This document shows positions 52,963 through 63,823 of a DNA stretch of 64,000 nt, piece after piece. The stretch lies in the sequence record OV754623; one strand, written 5' to 3'. The translations under genes and the position numbers were made by a program. The stretch comes from Escherichia phage UGJNEcP1. Every line of letters begins with the position of its first letter. Position 1 is the stretch's first letter. The notes under the pieces are model-generated. The model did no database searches and had not been told where the DNA came from. It saw only the letters and a program-made list of their open reading frames with translations.

Positions 52963-52990
52963 TAACTATAATTCCCATTCGGAGAATACA

Positions 52991-54562
52991 ATGAAATTTA
53001 ATATCTTAAGTTTGTTTGCTCCATGGGCAAAAATGGACGAACGTGATTACAAAGACCAAGAAAAAGAAAATTTAGAATCTATCACCACACCAAAATTAGA
53101 CGATGGTGCTAAAGAATACGAAGTATCTGAAAATGAAGCACAGCAAACATATAATGCTATGTTTCAGAGAATGTTTGGTAGTCAAGAACCAGGGCTCAAA
53201 TCAACCCGTGAATTAATCGATACGTATCGAAATTTGATGACGAACTATGAAGTGGATAATGCAGTCTCTGAAATAGTTTCCGATGCTATCGTATATGAAG
53301 ATGATACAGAAGTCGTTTCTATAAATTTAGACAACACAAAATTTAGTCCAAATATAAAATCAATGATGTTGGATGAATTTAACGAAGTGTTGAATCATTT
53401 ATCTTTCCAACGTAAAGGTTCAGACCATTTTAGGCGTTGGTATGTAGATTCTCGAATTTTCTTCCATAAAATTATTGACCCTAAACGCCCTAAAGAAGGT
53501 ATTAAAGAGCTTCGTCGTTTAGACCCACGCCAAGTTCAATATGTCCGTGAAGTTATTACAACCACTGAAGCCGGTGTTAAAATAGTCAAGGGTTATAAAG
53601 AATATTTCATTTATGACACATCACACGAATCTTATGCTTGTGATGGTCGCATATATGAAGCTGGCACAAAAATAAAAATCCCTAAAGCCGCGATTGTTTA
53701 TGCCCATTCTGGTTTAGTTGATTGTTGTGGTAAAAATATCATTGGTTATTTGCATCGGGCTATTAAGCCGGCGAACCAATTAAAACTTCTTGAAGATGCC
53801 GTCGTAATTTATCGTATTACTCGTGCTCCTGATCGTCGTGTATGGTACGTTGATACAGGTAATATGCCTTCAAGAAAAGCAGCAGAACATATGCAGCATG
53901 TTATGAATACGATGAAAAACCGTATTGCATATGATGCTACTACAGGCAAGATTAAAAACCAGCAGCATATTATGTCGATGACCGAAGATTATTGGTTACA
54001 ACGACGTGATGGTAAAGCAGTAACAGAAGTTGACACATTACCAGGTGCGGATAATACTGGAAATATGGAAGATGTACGTTGGTTCCGTAATGCGCTTTAT
54101 ATGGCTTTACGTATTCCTATTACCCGTATTCCAAGTGACCAAGGTGGTATACAGTTTGATGCTGGTACTTCTATTACACGAGATGAATTGTCGTTTGGTA
54201 AATTTATTCGTGAGCTGCAACATAAATTTGAAGAGATATTCCTAGACCCGCTTAAAACTAATTTAATTCTTAAAGGAATTATTACAGAAGATGAGTGGAA
54301 TGATGAAATAAATAATATTAAGATAAAATTTCATCGGGATAGTTATTTCTCGGAATTAAAGGATGCTGAGATTCTGGAGCGTCGCATTAATATGCTTCAG
54401 ATGGCCGAACCATTTATTGGTAAATATATTTCTCACAGAACAGCTATGAAAGATATTCTTCAGATGTCTGACGAGGAAATTGAACAAGAGGCTAAGCAAA
54501 TTGAAGAAGAGTCGAAAGAGGCTCGTTTCCAAGACCCCGACCAAGAACAAGAGGATTTTTAA
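52991..54562 (+). CDS. 20: portal vertex protein gp20
   Basis: 523 aa; late promoter at 52955-52962. Confidence 0.95.
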   Translation: MKFNILSLFAPWAKMDERDYKDQEKENLESITTPKLDDGAKEYEVSENEAQQTYNAMFQRMFGSQEPGLKSTRELIDTYRNLMTNYEVDNAVSEIVSDAIVYEDDTEVVSINLDNTKFSPNIKSMMLDEFNEVLNHLSFQRKGSDHFRRWYVDSRIFFHKIIDPKRPKEGIKELRRLDPRQVQYVREVITTTEAGVKIVKGYKEYFIYDTSHESYACDGRIYEAGTKIKIPKAAIVYAHSGLVDCCGKNIIGYLHRAIKPANQLKLLEDAVVIYRITRAPDRRVWYVDTGNMPSRKAAEHMQHVMNTMKNRIAYDATTGKIKNQQHIMSMTEDYWLQRRDGKAVTEVDTLPGADNTGNMEDVRWFRNALYMALRIPITRIPSDQGGIQFDAGTSITRDELSFGKFIRELQHKFEEIFLDPLKTNLILKGIITEDEWNDEINNIKIKFHRDSYFSELKDAEILERRINMLQMAEPFIGKYISHRTAMKDILQMSDEEIEQEAKQIEEESKEARFQDPDQEQEDF

Positions 54563-54795
54563 TGGACGATTTAATTCAAGCTATTAAATCAAACGACCTC
54601 GTTGCTACTCGAAAGTTTTTTGAAAGTGCAATGGCAGAAAAAACGGTTCGTTTGATTGAAGCACGCAAAGCAGAAATCGCTTCTCAATTTTTAATTGAAG
54701 GCGAAGAACCTGAAGAAGAAAAGAAAGCTAAAGCTTCGGAAGACGACGCTGATGAAGGCGATGACGACGAAGACGAAGATGAGGACGATGAATAA
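54562..54795 (+). CDS. 67: prohead core protein gp67
   Basis: 77 aa with acidic C-terminal tail. Confidence 0.85.
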   Translation: MDDLIQAIKSNDLVATRKFFESAMAEKTVRLIEARKAEIASQFLIEGEEPEEEKKAKASEDDADEGDDDEDEDEDDE

Positions 54796-55220
54796 TGTAT
54801 CTTATCCCTGAATCTTATGAATTGGTACTCGAAAATGTCGAAGCACTTATTCCTGAAGCACAGGGCCGAATCGATGCATTGTCTTCTGCTCTCGATATTG
54901 ACGATATAAATACTATTATCGAGAACATGCTTGAAACTGAAACGGATTTAGCTGTTGCAATGGCTTCCATTATTAATGAAGAACAGTTAAATGAGTTTAT
55001 CGTTAAACATGTTTCTTCACGTGGTGAAGTCACCCGCACTAAAGACCGTAAAACTCGTGAACGTAACGCGTTCCAAACAACTGGTCTTTCTAAAGCAAAA
55101 CGTAGACAAATCGCTCGTAAGGTCGTTAAAGCTAAAAAAGCTAACCCTTCAGGCCAAGTTAAAGGCTTGCGTAAGCGTAAAAAGGCTCTTAAACGTCGTA
55201 AAGCATTAGGATTAAGCTAA
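54795..55220 (+). CDS. 68: prohead core protein gp68
   Basis: 141 aa, basic C-terminus. Confidence 0.85.
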   Translation: MYLIPESYELVLENVEALIPEAQGRIDALSSALDIDDINTIIENMLETETDLAVAMASIINEEQLNEFIVKHVSSRGEVTRTKDRKTRERNAFQTTGLSKAKRRQIARKVVKAKKANPSGQVKGLRKRKKALKRRKALGLS

Positions 55221-55861
55221 TGAATAAACCCGAGTTACTTATTGAAACTTGGGGTCAACCCGGTGAGATTATTGATGGCGTTCCAATGTTGGAATCTCAT
55301 GATGGAAAAGATTCTGGCTTAAAACCAGGGCTTTATATAGAAGGTATTTTTCTTCAGGCAGAGGTTGTTAACCGAAATAAACGTTTATATCCTAAACGCG
55401 TTTTGGAAAAAGCAGTAAGTGACTATATTAAAGAACAAGTCGCAACCAAACAAGCCCTTGGAGAATTAAACCATCCACCTCGTGCAAATGTTGACCCTAT
55501 GCAAGCCGCTATCATTATTGAAGATATGTGGTGGAAAGGAAACGATGTATATGGACGTGCTAGAATTATTGAAGGCGACCATGGTCCCGGCGATAAATTA
55601 GCTGCTAATATACGAGCTGGTTGGATTCCAGGTGTTTCCTCTCGTGGTCTTGGTTCTTTAACCGACACCAATAAAGGGTACCGTATCGTGAACGAAGGAT
55701 TTAAATTAACCGTCGGCGTAGATGCCGTATGGGGACCTTCTGCTCCAGATGCTTGGGTTACTCCTAAACAAATATCAGAATCAGAAAATTCGGTGGAAAC
55801 CACCAAAAACAGTGCTGATGAAGCATTTAAAGCTCTCGCAGAGAGTTTAAAAGCATTATAA
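55220..55861 (+). CDS. 21: prohead core scaffold and protease gp21
   Basis: 213 aa; order. Confidence 0.9.
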   Translation: MNKPELLIETWGQPGEIIDGVPMLESHDGKDSGLKPGLYIEGIFLQAEVVNRNKRLYPKRVLEKAVSDYIKEQVATKQALGELNHPPRANVDPMQAAIIIEDMWWKGNDVYGRARIIEGDHGPGDKLAANIRAGWIPGVSSRGLGSLTDTNKGYRIVNEGFKLTVGVDAVWGPSAPDAWVTPKQISESENSVETTKNSADEAFKALAESLKAL

Positions 55862-55864
55862 ATA
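55857..55864 (+). promoter_or_regulatory. late promoter TATAAATA (gene 22)
   Basis: Exact octamer overlapping gene 21 stop. Confidence 0.6.
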
Positions 55865-55894
55865 ATAATGTAATCTAAACCACAGGACACTAAA

Positions 55895-56707
55895 ATGATC
55901 AAAGAACAACTTTTGAAAGAAGCTCAGAACATCGAGACTTCAGTTGCTCTTAATAGTGTTTTCGAATCAGTAGAACTGTCTCCGGACGTTAAAGCTAATT
56001 TCAGCACTGTATTCGAAGCCACCGTTAAGCAGGAAGCAGTCAAACTGGCTGAATCTCATATCAAAGCCATCGCCGAAAAGGCCGAAGAAGAAGTTGAAAA
56101 GGCTAAAGAAGATGCTGAAGAGAAAGCTGATAAAAAATTGGCTGAACAAGCTTCTAAATTCCTAGACCATCTTGCAAAAGAATGGCTCGCAGAAAACCAA
56201 ATCGCAGTTGATAAAGGCATTAAAGCTGATTTGTTCGAATCCATGCTTGGTGGTCTGAAAGAACTGTTTGTTGAACATAACGTTGTTGTTCCAGAAGAAT
56301 CTGTAGATGTTGTAGCAGAAATGGAAGAAGAGCTGGCCGAACATAAAGAAGAAACCGCTCGTTTGTTCGAAGAAGTTACCAAACGTGATGCATATATCAA
56401 TTACGTTCAGCGTGAAACCGCTATTAATGAAAGCGTAAAAGACCTGACTGAATCTCAGAAAGAAAAAGTTATTGGCCTGGTTGAAGGTATGGATTATTCT
56501 GACGCATTTGGTACTAAGTTAACTGCTATTGTAGAAATGGTTAAAGGTTCTACTAAAGAAGAAGCCGCTATTACCGAAAGTATAAATACAGTTGACAATG
56601 ACGCTGCCGGTCTTAATTTTGTTGCCGAAGCAGTTGACACTACCACAACTCAGGTAGAACAGAATTCTAATGTAAGTTTATATGCGAAAGTCGCATCTCG
56701 TTTCTAA
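55895..56707 (+). CDS. 22: prohead core scaffold protein gp22
   Basis: 270-aa acidic coiled-coil protein; late promoter at 55857-55864. Confidence 0.9.
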   Translation: MIKEQLLKEAQNIETSVALNSVFESVELSPDVKANFSTVFEATVKQEAVKLAESHIKAIAEKAEEEVEKAKEDAEEKADKKLAEQASKFLDHLAKEWLAENQIAVDKGIKADLFESMLGGLKELFVEHNVVVPEESVDVVAEMEEELAEHKEETARLFEEVTKRDAYINYVQRETAINESVKDLTESQKEKVIGLVEGMDYSDAFGTKLTAIVEMVKGSTKEEAAITESINTVDNDAAGLNFVAEAVDTTTTQVEQNSNVSLYAKVASRF

Positions 56708-56724
56708 TTTAAAGGTTAACACAA

Positions 56725-58293
56725 ATGACTACTATCAAAACTAAAGCTCAGCTCGTAGACAAATGGAAAGAACTGCTGGAAGGTGAAGGCCTGCCGGAAA
56801 TCGCTAATAGCAAGCAGGCTATTATCGCTAAAATCTTCGAAAACCAGGAAAAAGATTTCGAAGTATCCCCTGAATATAAAGACGAGAAAATCGCTCAGGC
56901 ATTTGGTTCTTTCTTGACCGAAGCTGAAATTGGTGGTGACCATGGTTATAATGCTCAGAACATCGCAGCAGGTCAAACCTCTGGTGCAGTAACCCAGATT
57001 GGGCCAGCAGTTATGGGTATGGTTCGTCGTGCTATTCCTAATCTGATCGCTTTTGGTATTTGTGGTGTTCAGCCTATGAACAGCCCTACCGGTCAGGTAT
57101 TTGCTCTCCGTGCAGTATATGGTAAAGACCCTATCGCTGCTGGCGCTAAAGAAGCTTTCCATCCGATGTATGCCCCAGACGCGATGTTCTCTGGTCAGGG
57201 TGCTGCTAAGAAATTCCCAGCTCTGGCTGCTGACACTACTACTGTTGTAGGTGATATCTATACTCACTTCTTCCAAGAAACTGGTACTGTATATCTGCAA
57301 GCTTCTGCTATCGTAACACTTGATTCTGGTGCAACTGATGCAGCTAAATTAGATGCAGAAGTTAAGAAACAAATGGAAGCTGGTGCACTAGTAGAAATCG
57401 CTGAAGGTATGGCTACTTCTATCGCTGAACTCCAGGAAGGTTTCAACGGTTCTACCGATAACCCATGGAATGAAATGGGCTTCCGTATCGATAAACAAGT
57501 TATCGAAGCTAAATCTCGCCAGCTGAAAGCTGCTTACTCTATCGAATTGGCACAAGACCTCCGTGCAGTACACGGTATGGATGCTGATGCTGAACTGAGC
57601 GGTATTCTGGCTACAGAAATTATGCTAGAAATCAACCGTGAAGTTGTTGATTGGATTAACTACTCAGCACAGGTTGGTAAATCTGGTATGACCCTGACTC
57701 CGGGTTCTAAAGCTGGTGTATTTGACTTCCAAGACCCGATTGATATCCGTGGTGCTCGTTGGGCCGGTGAAAGCTTTAAATCTCTGTTGTTCCAGATTGA
57801 TAAAGAAGCAGTTGAAATTGCTCGTCAAACCGGTCGTGGTGAAGGTAACTTCATTATCGCTTCCCGTAACGTAGTTAACGTACTGGCTTCAGTTGATACT
57901 GGTATTTCTTACGCTGCACAGGGTCTGGCTTCTGGTTTTAATACCGACACTACTAAGTCTGTATTTGCCGGTGTACTTGGTGGTAAATACCGCGTATACA
58001 TCGACCAGTATGCTAAACAGGATTACTTCACCGTTGGTTACAAAGGCGCTAACGAAATGGATGCAGGTATTTACTATGCTCCTTACGTTGCACTTACCCC
58101 ACTGCGTGGTTCCGATCCTAAGAACTTCCAGCCGGTAATGGGCTTTAAAACTCGTTACGGTATCGGTGTTAACCCGTTTGCTGAAAGTTCCCTGCAGGCT
58201 CCAGGTGCTCGCATCCAGTCCGGTATGCCGTCTATCCTGAACAGCCTTGGTAAGAACGCTTACTTTAGACGCGTCTACGTTAAAGGAATTTAA
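56725..58293 (+). CDS. 23: major capsid protein gp23
   Basis: 522 aa; near-identical to T4 gp23 as recalled (AQLVDKWKELLEGEGLPEIANSKQAIIAKIFENQEKDF...). Confidence 0.97.
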   Translation: MTTIKTKAQLVDKWKELLEGEGLPEIANSKQAIIAKIFENQEKDFEVSPEYKDEKIAQAFGSFLTEAEIGGDHGYNAQNIAAGQTSGAVTQIGPAVMGMVRRAIPNLIAFGICGVQPMNSPTGQVFALRAVYGKDPIAAGAKEAFHPMYAPDAMFSGQGAAKKFPALAADTTTVVGDIYTHFFQETGTVYLQASAIVTLDSGATDAAKLDAEVKKQMEAGALVEIAEGMATSIAELQEGFNGSTDNPWNEMGFRIDKQVIEAKSRQLKAAYSIELAQDLRAVHGMDADAELSGILATEIMLEINREVVDWINYSAQVGKSGMTLTPGSKAGVFDFQDPIDIRGARWAGESFKSLLFQIDKEAVEIARQTGRGEGNFIIASRNVVNVLASVDTGISYAAQGLASGFNTDTTKSVFAGVLGGKYRVYIDQYAKQDYFTVGYKGANEMDAGIYYAPYVALTPLRGSDPKNFQPVMGFKTRYGIGVNPFAESSLQAPGARIQSGMPSILNSLGKNAYFRRVYVKGI

Positions 58294-58332
58294 TGCTTTA
58301 ACGTTAAAATACATAACCTTATGGGAGACTTC

Positions 58333-58358
58333 GGTCTCCCATTTTTGGTTTTATTTCT
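58333..58358 (+). terminator. rho-independent terminator after gene 23
   Basis: GGGAGAC-TTCG-GTCTCCC followed by ATTTTTGGTTTT. Confidence 0.8.
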
Positions 58359-58620
58359 GTGCAATTTCGATGTAAGTTTTCAAAATATTTTGCCAATTAG
58401 GCATACCTTCTTGGACATATGCCGGAGAACCGTCTTTGTTTTTGAATGACGCAAGTTTATCAGTGGCCCAATAACCTTTAGCTCGAGCTTCAGAATCAAC
58501 TTTCATCCATACTTTGTTGAAGGCATTACCATTAACTTTTGCACCATATTTTTCTACTAACTTAACTGCTTCAGCTTCCAGAACTTTTAAAGTATCTCGT
58601 AAGAAACGTGCTTTAGTCAT
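58351..58620 (-). CDS. hypothetical protein (89 aa) inserted between genes 23 and 24
   Basis: Minus-strand ORF with its own early-type promoter/leader cassette (58621-58680). Confidence 0.55.
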   Translation of the reverse strand: MTKARFLRDTLKVLEAEAVKLVEKYGAKVNGNAFNKVWMKVDSEARAKGYWATDKLASFKNKDGSPAYVQEGMPNWQNILKTYIEIAQK

Positions 58621-58641
58621 TTTGTTTACTCCTCTGTAGTT

Positions 58642-58680
58642 GATAAGTTTATAGTATCACATACCAAATACGTTGTAAAC
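58642..58680 (-). promoter_or_regulatory. PeSL-type early promoter/leader cassette (copy B) inside the late region
   Basis: GTTTAC -35; leader identical to copy at 22381-22420. Confidence 0.6.
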
Positions 58681-58686
58681 AATCTT

Positions 58687-58694
58687 TATAAATA
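58687..58694 (+). promoter_or_regulatory. late promoter TATAAATA (gene 24)
   Basis: Exact octamer ~28 nt upstream of gene 24. Confidence 0.65.
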
Positions 58695-58721
58695 ATCTAT
58701 ATCACATAAGGAAAAAATGCA

Positions 58722-60005
58722 ATGAGTAAAATCCAAAAATTATTGCGTGAATCTACAACGTCTACTAGCAACTCAATTGGTCGCCCAAATCTCGTTGCTT
58801 TGACTCGCGCTACGACTAAATTAATATATTCTGACATTGTAGCAACACAAAGAACTAATCAACCTGTTGCTGCTTTTTATGGTATCAAATATCTTAACCC
58901 AGATAATGAATTCACATTTAAAACTGGTGCTACTTATGCGGGTGAAGTTGGATATGTAGACCGAGAAAAAATTACTGAGCTCACAGAAGAATCAAAAGTC
59001 ACACTAAATAAAGGTGATTTTTTCAAATATAATAATATCGTCTATAAGGTGTTAGAAGATACACCATTTGCAGATATTCAAGAAAGTGATCTAGAATTAG
59101 CTCTTCAGATTGCAGTCGTTCATTTAAAGGTACGGTTATTTTCAGATGCAGCGGTAACAAGCAAATTTGAAAGCTCTGATAGCGAAATTTCTGATGCAAG
59201 ATTCCAGATTAATAAATGGCAAACTTCAGTCAAATCTCGTAAACTTAAAACTGGTCTCACTGTTGAATTAGCGCAAGATTTGGAAGCGAATGGATTTGAT
59301 GCCCCTAACTTCTTAGAGGATTTGCTTGCTACTGAAATGGCTGATGAAATTAATAAAGATATTCTTCAGTCTTTAATTACTGTATCGAAACGTTATAAAG
59401 TTACTGGAATTACTGACACCGGATTTATTGACTTGAGTTATGCATCAGCTCCAGAAGCAGGTCGTTCATTATATCGAATGGTGTGTGAAATGGTATCACA
59501 CATTCAAAAAGAAACAACTTATACTGCAACGTTTTGTGTAGCCTCAGCTCGTGCAGCTGCTATTCTTGCTGCTTCCGGTTGGTTAAAACATAAGCCAGAA
59601 GATGACAAGTATCTTTCACAAAATGCTTATGGATTCTTGGCAAATGGATTACCTCTTTACTGCGATACCAACAGCCCGTTAGATTATGTTATTGTGGGTG
59701 TTGTAGAAAATCTCGGCGAAAAAGAAATTGTAGGGTCCATCTTTTATGCTCCATACACTGAAGGAGTAGATTTAGACGACCCGGAACATGTCGGTGCATT
59801 TAAAGTTGTAGTTGATCCAGAAAGCTTGCAACCGTCTATCGGATTATTGGTTAGATACGCTTTATCAGCAAATCCTTACACAGTAGCAAAAGACGAAAAA
59901 GAAGCGAGAATAATTGATGGTGGGGACATGGATAAAATGGCAGGACGTTCAGACTTGTCTGTTTTACTCGGTGTTAAATTGCCTAAAATTATTATAGATG
60001 AATAA
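58722..60005 (+). CDS. 24: capsid vertex protein gp24
   Basis: 427 aa gp23 paralog; late promoter at 58687-58694. Confidence 0.95.
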   Translation: MSKIQKLLRESTTSTSNSIGRPNLVALTRATTKLIYSDIVATQRTNQPVAAFYGIKYLNPDNEFTFKTGATYAGEVGYVDREKITELTEESKVTLNKGDFFKYNNIVYKVLEDTPFADIQESDLELALQIAVVHLKVRLFSDAAVTSKFESSDSEISDARFQINKWQTSVKSRKLKTGLTVELAQDLEANGFDAPNFLEDLLATEMADEINKDILQSLITVSKRYKVTGITDTGFIDLSYASAPEAGRSLYRMVCEMVSHIQKETTYTATFCVASARAAAILAASGWLKHKPEDDKYLSQNAYGFLANGLPLYCDTNSPLDYVIVGVVENLGEKEIVGSIFYAPYTEGVDLDDPEHVGAFKVVVDPESLQPSIGLLVRYALSANPYTVAKDEKEARIIDGGDMDKMAGRSDLSVLLGVKLPKIIIDE

Positions 60006-60006
60006 A

Positions 60007-60036
60007 CAAAAAAGGGACCTTACGGTCCCTTTTTTC
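60007..60036. terminator. bidirectional rho-independent terminator between convergent gene 24 and rnlB
   Basis: AAAAAAGGGACC-TTAC-GGTCCCTTTTTTC, A/T tracts on both sides. Confidence 0.85.
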
Positions 60037-60037
60037 G

Positions 60038-61045
60038 TTATGATACTAATTCAATCCATGCAGGACGCAGAACATCTTGCACCATTCGGACTAATTCTTT
60101 CTTAACAAGATTCGGATTATCAGATGATGTTAATACAATACCTTCACGAGAAGTTTCTTCCAGAATATCTTGAACAGTCAATCCCATCACTTTGCCAAAA
60201 TCTTTTGGCGTTACAGTCCCAATCTTAGAAATAACATTATTAACACGATTTAATGTAACATAACAAGCTAGAACATCAAGCAAGTTTTTGTCAATTTCGG
60301 TTAATGGAACCTGAGTTTTAATAGGCTTATCAGACTTTTTCTTTTCACTGAATTTAGAGTTCTTGCACTTAATAGCTACACGAGTACCGTTTGGCAGCCA
60401 TTTAGGGAAACAAGGCTTCAGAACATAACCTTCTGCCGTATTATCGCCAATAACATTAGCATCAAATACACAATTATTTGCTTCTACAAGGTCTTCTGAC
60501 GCAGTAGCATTATAAGCGGCTAAGACAGAATCAAGGTCGTTTGGAATCATGATAAGAGCATCAAATGTGCCACGACCAAGCATTGGTGCCGTTTTAAAAC
60601 CAAATTCATTACAGAAATCTTGCATTTCGTAATCGCTCATGTAATAAGTATCACCGCTTTCCGCGTTTATGATGATATCGAACACATAGAAATCTTTTTC
60701 ACCGTAGTCAACACCTTTCTGAATTCCACCACCAGCGAATTCACCAAAGACTTGATATGTCACCGGCACTGAAGTTGAAATACTGTCCATGACTTCTTGA
60801 ACGGCTTTAATAGCTTTATCATACTTCTTGAGTACGATTTCATAGCCATAAAAATCTTCTGCTGGAAGAATAGGGCCTGTGCGCTTGGCGCATGTGACGT
60901 TGTCACGTTCAATTATTAACGAGAAGTTGGTCCCATGGATTTTCTCACGTGCTACCCAAACACCAGTAGTCAAACCATTAGTGTAGAGTTTTTCAATAAA
61001 CTTAGAGTTGTAGTGGTTTTCAAGACTGCTGTATTTCTTAAACAT
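60038..61045 (-). CDS. rnlB: RNA ligase 2
   Basis: Ligase motif I KIHGTNF; 335 aa. Confidence 0.85.
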   Translation of the reverse strand: MFKKYSSLENHYNSKFIEKLYTNGLTTGVWVAREKIHGTNFSLIIERDNVTCAKRTGPILPAEDFYGYEIVLKKYDKAIKAVQEVMDSISTSVPVTYQVFGEFAGGGIQKGVDYGEKDFYVFDIIINAESGDTYYMSDYEMQDFCNEFGFKTAPMLGRGTFDALIMIPNDLDSVLAAYNATASEDLVEANNCVFDANVIGDNTAEGYVLKPCFPKWLPNGTRVAIKCKNSKFSEKKKSDKPIKTQVPLTEIDKNLLDVLACYVTLNRVNNVISKIGTVTPKDFGKVMGLTVQDILEETSREGIVLTSSDNPNLVKKELVRMVQDVLRPAWIELVS

Positions 61046-61164
61046 AAATCACCATTATAAATAATAATATCAAAATAATTAGCAGAGACTCTGTCTCTGA
61101 CCAGATGTTTAATTTGAATGGATAGAACCTAGATTCATTATACCATCAAAAATTGTAAAGCATA

Positions 61165-61416
61165 TTAGAACTTGATTTCTATCCAATGACCATCACGCTG
61201 GTCGTGATTAATTTTGTACTGAAAGCCGTTATCACGAAGCCATTGACCAACTTGTTCAGTTATAGTTAAATCGTTCTTTGACGGGTAGTACGTGAATTGT
61301 GTCTGGCCTTTGTCAGCGGCTTTCTCTGCCATCACAGAGAAGTTAGTAATAAAATCACTCAACAAATTAGCTTTAGTGGCCAGTGCCCTTTCTCTTAATT
61401 CCTGTGCAAAACTCAT
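61165..61416 (-). CDS. hypothetical protein (83 aa; T4 24.3 position)
   Basis: ORF between rnlB and hoc. Confidence 0.5.
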   Translation of the reverse strand: MSFAQELRERALATKANLLSDFITNFSVMAEKAADKGQTQFTYYPSKNDLTITEQVGQWLRDNGFQYKINHDQRDGHWIEIKF

Positions 61417-61613
61417 TTCTTCACCTTTTTGTTAATCAAACGTTTACGGTATACAACTTTTTCTTTTGCTTTAAACTTTGACCGAGCTGTCTCGGCTTTA
61501 GTCCATAGTAATCCAACTTCTTTAGGTTGTAAACCGATTTTTTGAGCAATTTCTACGAATGAAAATCCCGCCTCATGTAATGTATAAACTTCAACTTCAG
61601 CTCTCATAATCAA
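61413..61613 (-). CDS. small helix-turn-helix protein (66 aa; T4 24.2 position)
   Basis: GFSFVEIAQKIGLQPKEV resembles sigma-70 region-4-type HTH. Confidence 0.5.
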   Translation of the reverse strand: MIMRAEVEVYTLHEAGFSFVEIAQKIGLQPKEVGLLWTKAETARSKFKAKEKVVYRKRLINKKVKK

Positions 61614-61675
61614 TCCCGTATTATTTGGTTTGTGCCATTATATACATCAATCTCAAGTTGTGTTTTGTATGCTTT

Positions 61676-61704
61676 AAAAACGAAGAAAGGGGCCGAAGCC
61701 CCTT
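61676..61704 (-). terminator. rho-independent terminator after hoc
   Basis: GGGGC-TTCG-GCCCC then TTTCTTCGTTTTT on minus strand. Confidence 0.65.
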
Positions 61705-61708
61705 ACGA

Positions 61709-63124
61709 TTATGGATATGTATAGATGATACCAGTTTCCAAAGCAGTTTTATGGATGATGTATCCATTACGTGATTCTTGAACATCAACTTCCGGATAGT
61801 CTTTCATCATCTTCTGAAGAGTGTAACGATGCAGGTAGTATTTACTATCTGGATCTTCAGTTTTCCAATCTTTACCTTCTTCAGTCATTTTTTGGATTTC
61901 ATCCATAACCCACCAACCGCACCAGATGTAAGCTGAAGTACGATGTGGAAGAGGATGAACATAAGGTAGTTCACCTTCTGGTTCAATTGGAGTCCGTTCA
62001 GCAATAACAACTTCAGCGGTTGAACTAATTGTCTTTGAAGTATAATTATCTTTAGTTAATACTGCTTCAACTTTAATTGTATGAGTACCCGCTGAGGAGG
62101 TATCAATACTGTAAGTATTAGTAGAATTACTTTCTGCTACGTTGTCTTTCTTCCAAGAATACACAATATTAGTATCACCTGGAGCACCAGTAACAGATGC
62201 CGTTAAAGTTGCAGTTCCACCAACAGTAGTATTAACTGATGGCGGAGATAAAGAAATGGTGGCACTATTAAATGTCGCATTATTAGTTACTACTGTTGCT
62301 TCTGCTGAAATTTCTTTTGTAACATAATTTGTTGCAGAAACAGATACTGTGCATTTAAGAGTTTTACTTCCGACCTCGGTTGGAGTGAATTTATACGTAG
62401 CAGAAGTTGCATCTGGAATATTACTGTCATCCATTGACCACTGGAATGATGTAGTAGCACCTGAAGGTGCACCAGAGACATTTGCAGTTAAAGTAATAGG
62501 AACACCAAAGACCGTAGTCGGAGACTCAGGCGTAATTTTTAGTGTTGAAGAATTAGCCTTTTTATTTACAGTCAAAGAAACCGCTGATGATTCTACTGTT
62601 TTATCAACGTAATCAGATGCAGTCACTGTGACAGAACAAGTTATAGACTTAGTTCCTTCGGATGTTGGTGTATATTCAAAGGTTGATTGTTTTTGACCGT
62701 CAACAGCGTCCCCGTCAACTTTCCATGTATAAGCAATATCAGCACCACTAGGTTGATTGCTTACATTAGCAGTGAATGTTGTTGCTGTTCCAATTTCTAC
62801 TGCCGCCGGAGAAGCCGGAGTAACAGCGATGGTAGAATTATTTTCTTTCTTATTAACAGTGATAGTTGTTGACGCTTCAGCTATTTCTGGATCTCCTGCG
62901 GAAAGTGTATTAGTTGCAACCACTTTAATTTTTTTTGTTCCTGCTGGAGAAGCAAGAGTATAATCCATTGTAGCAGCCGTAGAATCCTGTGATATATCAT
63001 CTACAGTCCAGACGTATGTAATAGTACCATCTGGAGTTTCACCTGCAGGTGTAGCAGTGAATGTTTGTGAACCTCCAATAACCCCTGTAGGAGTTAAAGG
63101 AGACAACGTGACAGTGAATGCCAT
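61709..63124 (-). CDS. hoc: highly immunogenic outer capsid protein Hoc with four Ig-like repeats
   Basis: Four ~95-aa repeats (recurring VNKK.N.ST...TP.SP linkers) plus C-terminal capsid-binding domain; 471 aa. Confidence 0.85.
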   Translation of the reverse strand: MAFTVTLSPLTPTGVIGGSQTFTATPAGETPDGTITYVWTVDDISQDSTAATMDYTLASPAGTKKIKVVATNTLSAGDPEIAEASTTITVNKKENNSTIAVTPASPAAVEIGTATTFTANVSNQPSGADIAYTWKVDGDAVDGQKQSTFEYTPTSEGTKSITCSVTVTASDYVDKTVESSAVSLTVNKKANSSTLKITPESPTTVFGVPITLTANVSGAPSGATTSFQWSMDDSNIPDATSATYKFTPTEVGSKTLKCTVSVSATNYVTKEISAEATVVTNNATFNSATISLSPPSVNTTVGGTATLTASVTGAPGDTNIVYSWKKDNVAESNSTNTYSIDTSSAGTHTIKVEAVLTKDNYTSKTISSTAEVVIAERTPIEPEGELPYVHPLPHRTSAYIWCGWWVMDEIQKMTEEGKDWKTEDPDSKYYLHRYTLQKMMKDYPEVDVQESRNGYIIHKTALETGIIYTYP

Positions 63125-63133
63125 AAGTTATCC

Positions 63134-63802
63134 TTATTTTAATGTTACGAAAGAAGAATTACGAGTTTCACGAATTAGAACTGATCCATCGCGATTAATA
63201 TAATAAATTAAGCTAAATAATGTTTGGTGAGCAGAAGCGTGCACAAAACTGGTTGGGCGAGATTTCCAATCTGGGGTTTCGGCTATCCATTGATAAATCC
63301 ACCAAGGAACAGTAACATATCCTGGGCCTTTGCCTAATTTAATGAGTGTAGGACTAAAATTTTCAGGCAGAACAAATTTTACTTCTTTATTTACCTCTGT
63401 CTCAGGCTCTTTTTCAGATTCAACAACCTGAGTAATTGCTTCTTCGAATTTATCATGGTCGAATTCTTTTTCTTGTTCGACAACTTCCAATACTTCAACT
63501 TGTTCTGTTGGAGAATCAAACAACAGAATAGCTTCTTCTTTAACTTCTTCGTTGGTGAAATTAACACCATCCACATCATCTGCGGCAGTAATTAAATCGG
63601 CGATAGATAATCCATCAGTTTCAGGTAATGGTTCATCAGCCAGTGCGTTAAGAGCTTCTTCGATATCAATAACAATATTATCGAATGATTTTGTTTTCTT
63701 AACACTAATGCCAAATTGTTTCGCATATTCGAACAGTTTAGCTTTGGCTTCCTTTTTATCAGAAAGAGCACGTAACTCTTCAATATAGTCTTTATCGATC
63801 AT
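63134..63802 (-). CDS. inh: Inh-like inhibitor of prohead protease
   Basis: 222-aa acidic protein in the hoc-adjacent position. Confidence 0.65.
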   Translation of the reverse strand: MIDKDYIEELRALSDKKEAKAKLFEYAKQFGISVKKTKSFDNIVIDIEEALNALADEPLPETDGLSIADLITAADDVDGVNFTNEEVKEEAILLFDSPTEQVEVLEVVEQEKEFDHDKFEEAITQVVESEKEPETEVNKEVKFVLPENFSPTLIKLGKGPGYVTVPWWIYQWIAETPDWKSRPTSFVHASAHQTLFSLIYYINRDGSVLIRETRNSSFVTLK

Positions 63803-63815
63803 GATATTTCCTCAT

Positions 63816-63823
63816 TATAAATA
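63816..63823 (+). promoter_or_regulatory. late promoter TATAAATA (uvsW)
   Basis: Exact octamer ~30 nt upstream of uvsW ATG. Confidence 0.6.

Noticed and set aside
54722-54795. Acidic D/E-rich tract at the C-terminus of gp67 as a low-complexity insertion
   Set aside because: An acidic tail is a normal feature of T4-type prohead core proteins, not an anomaly.
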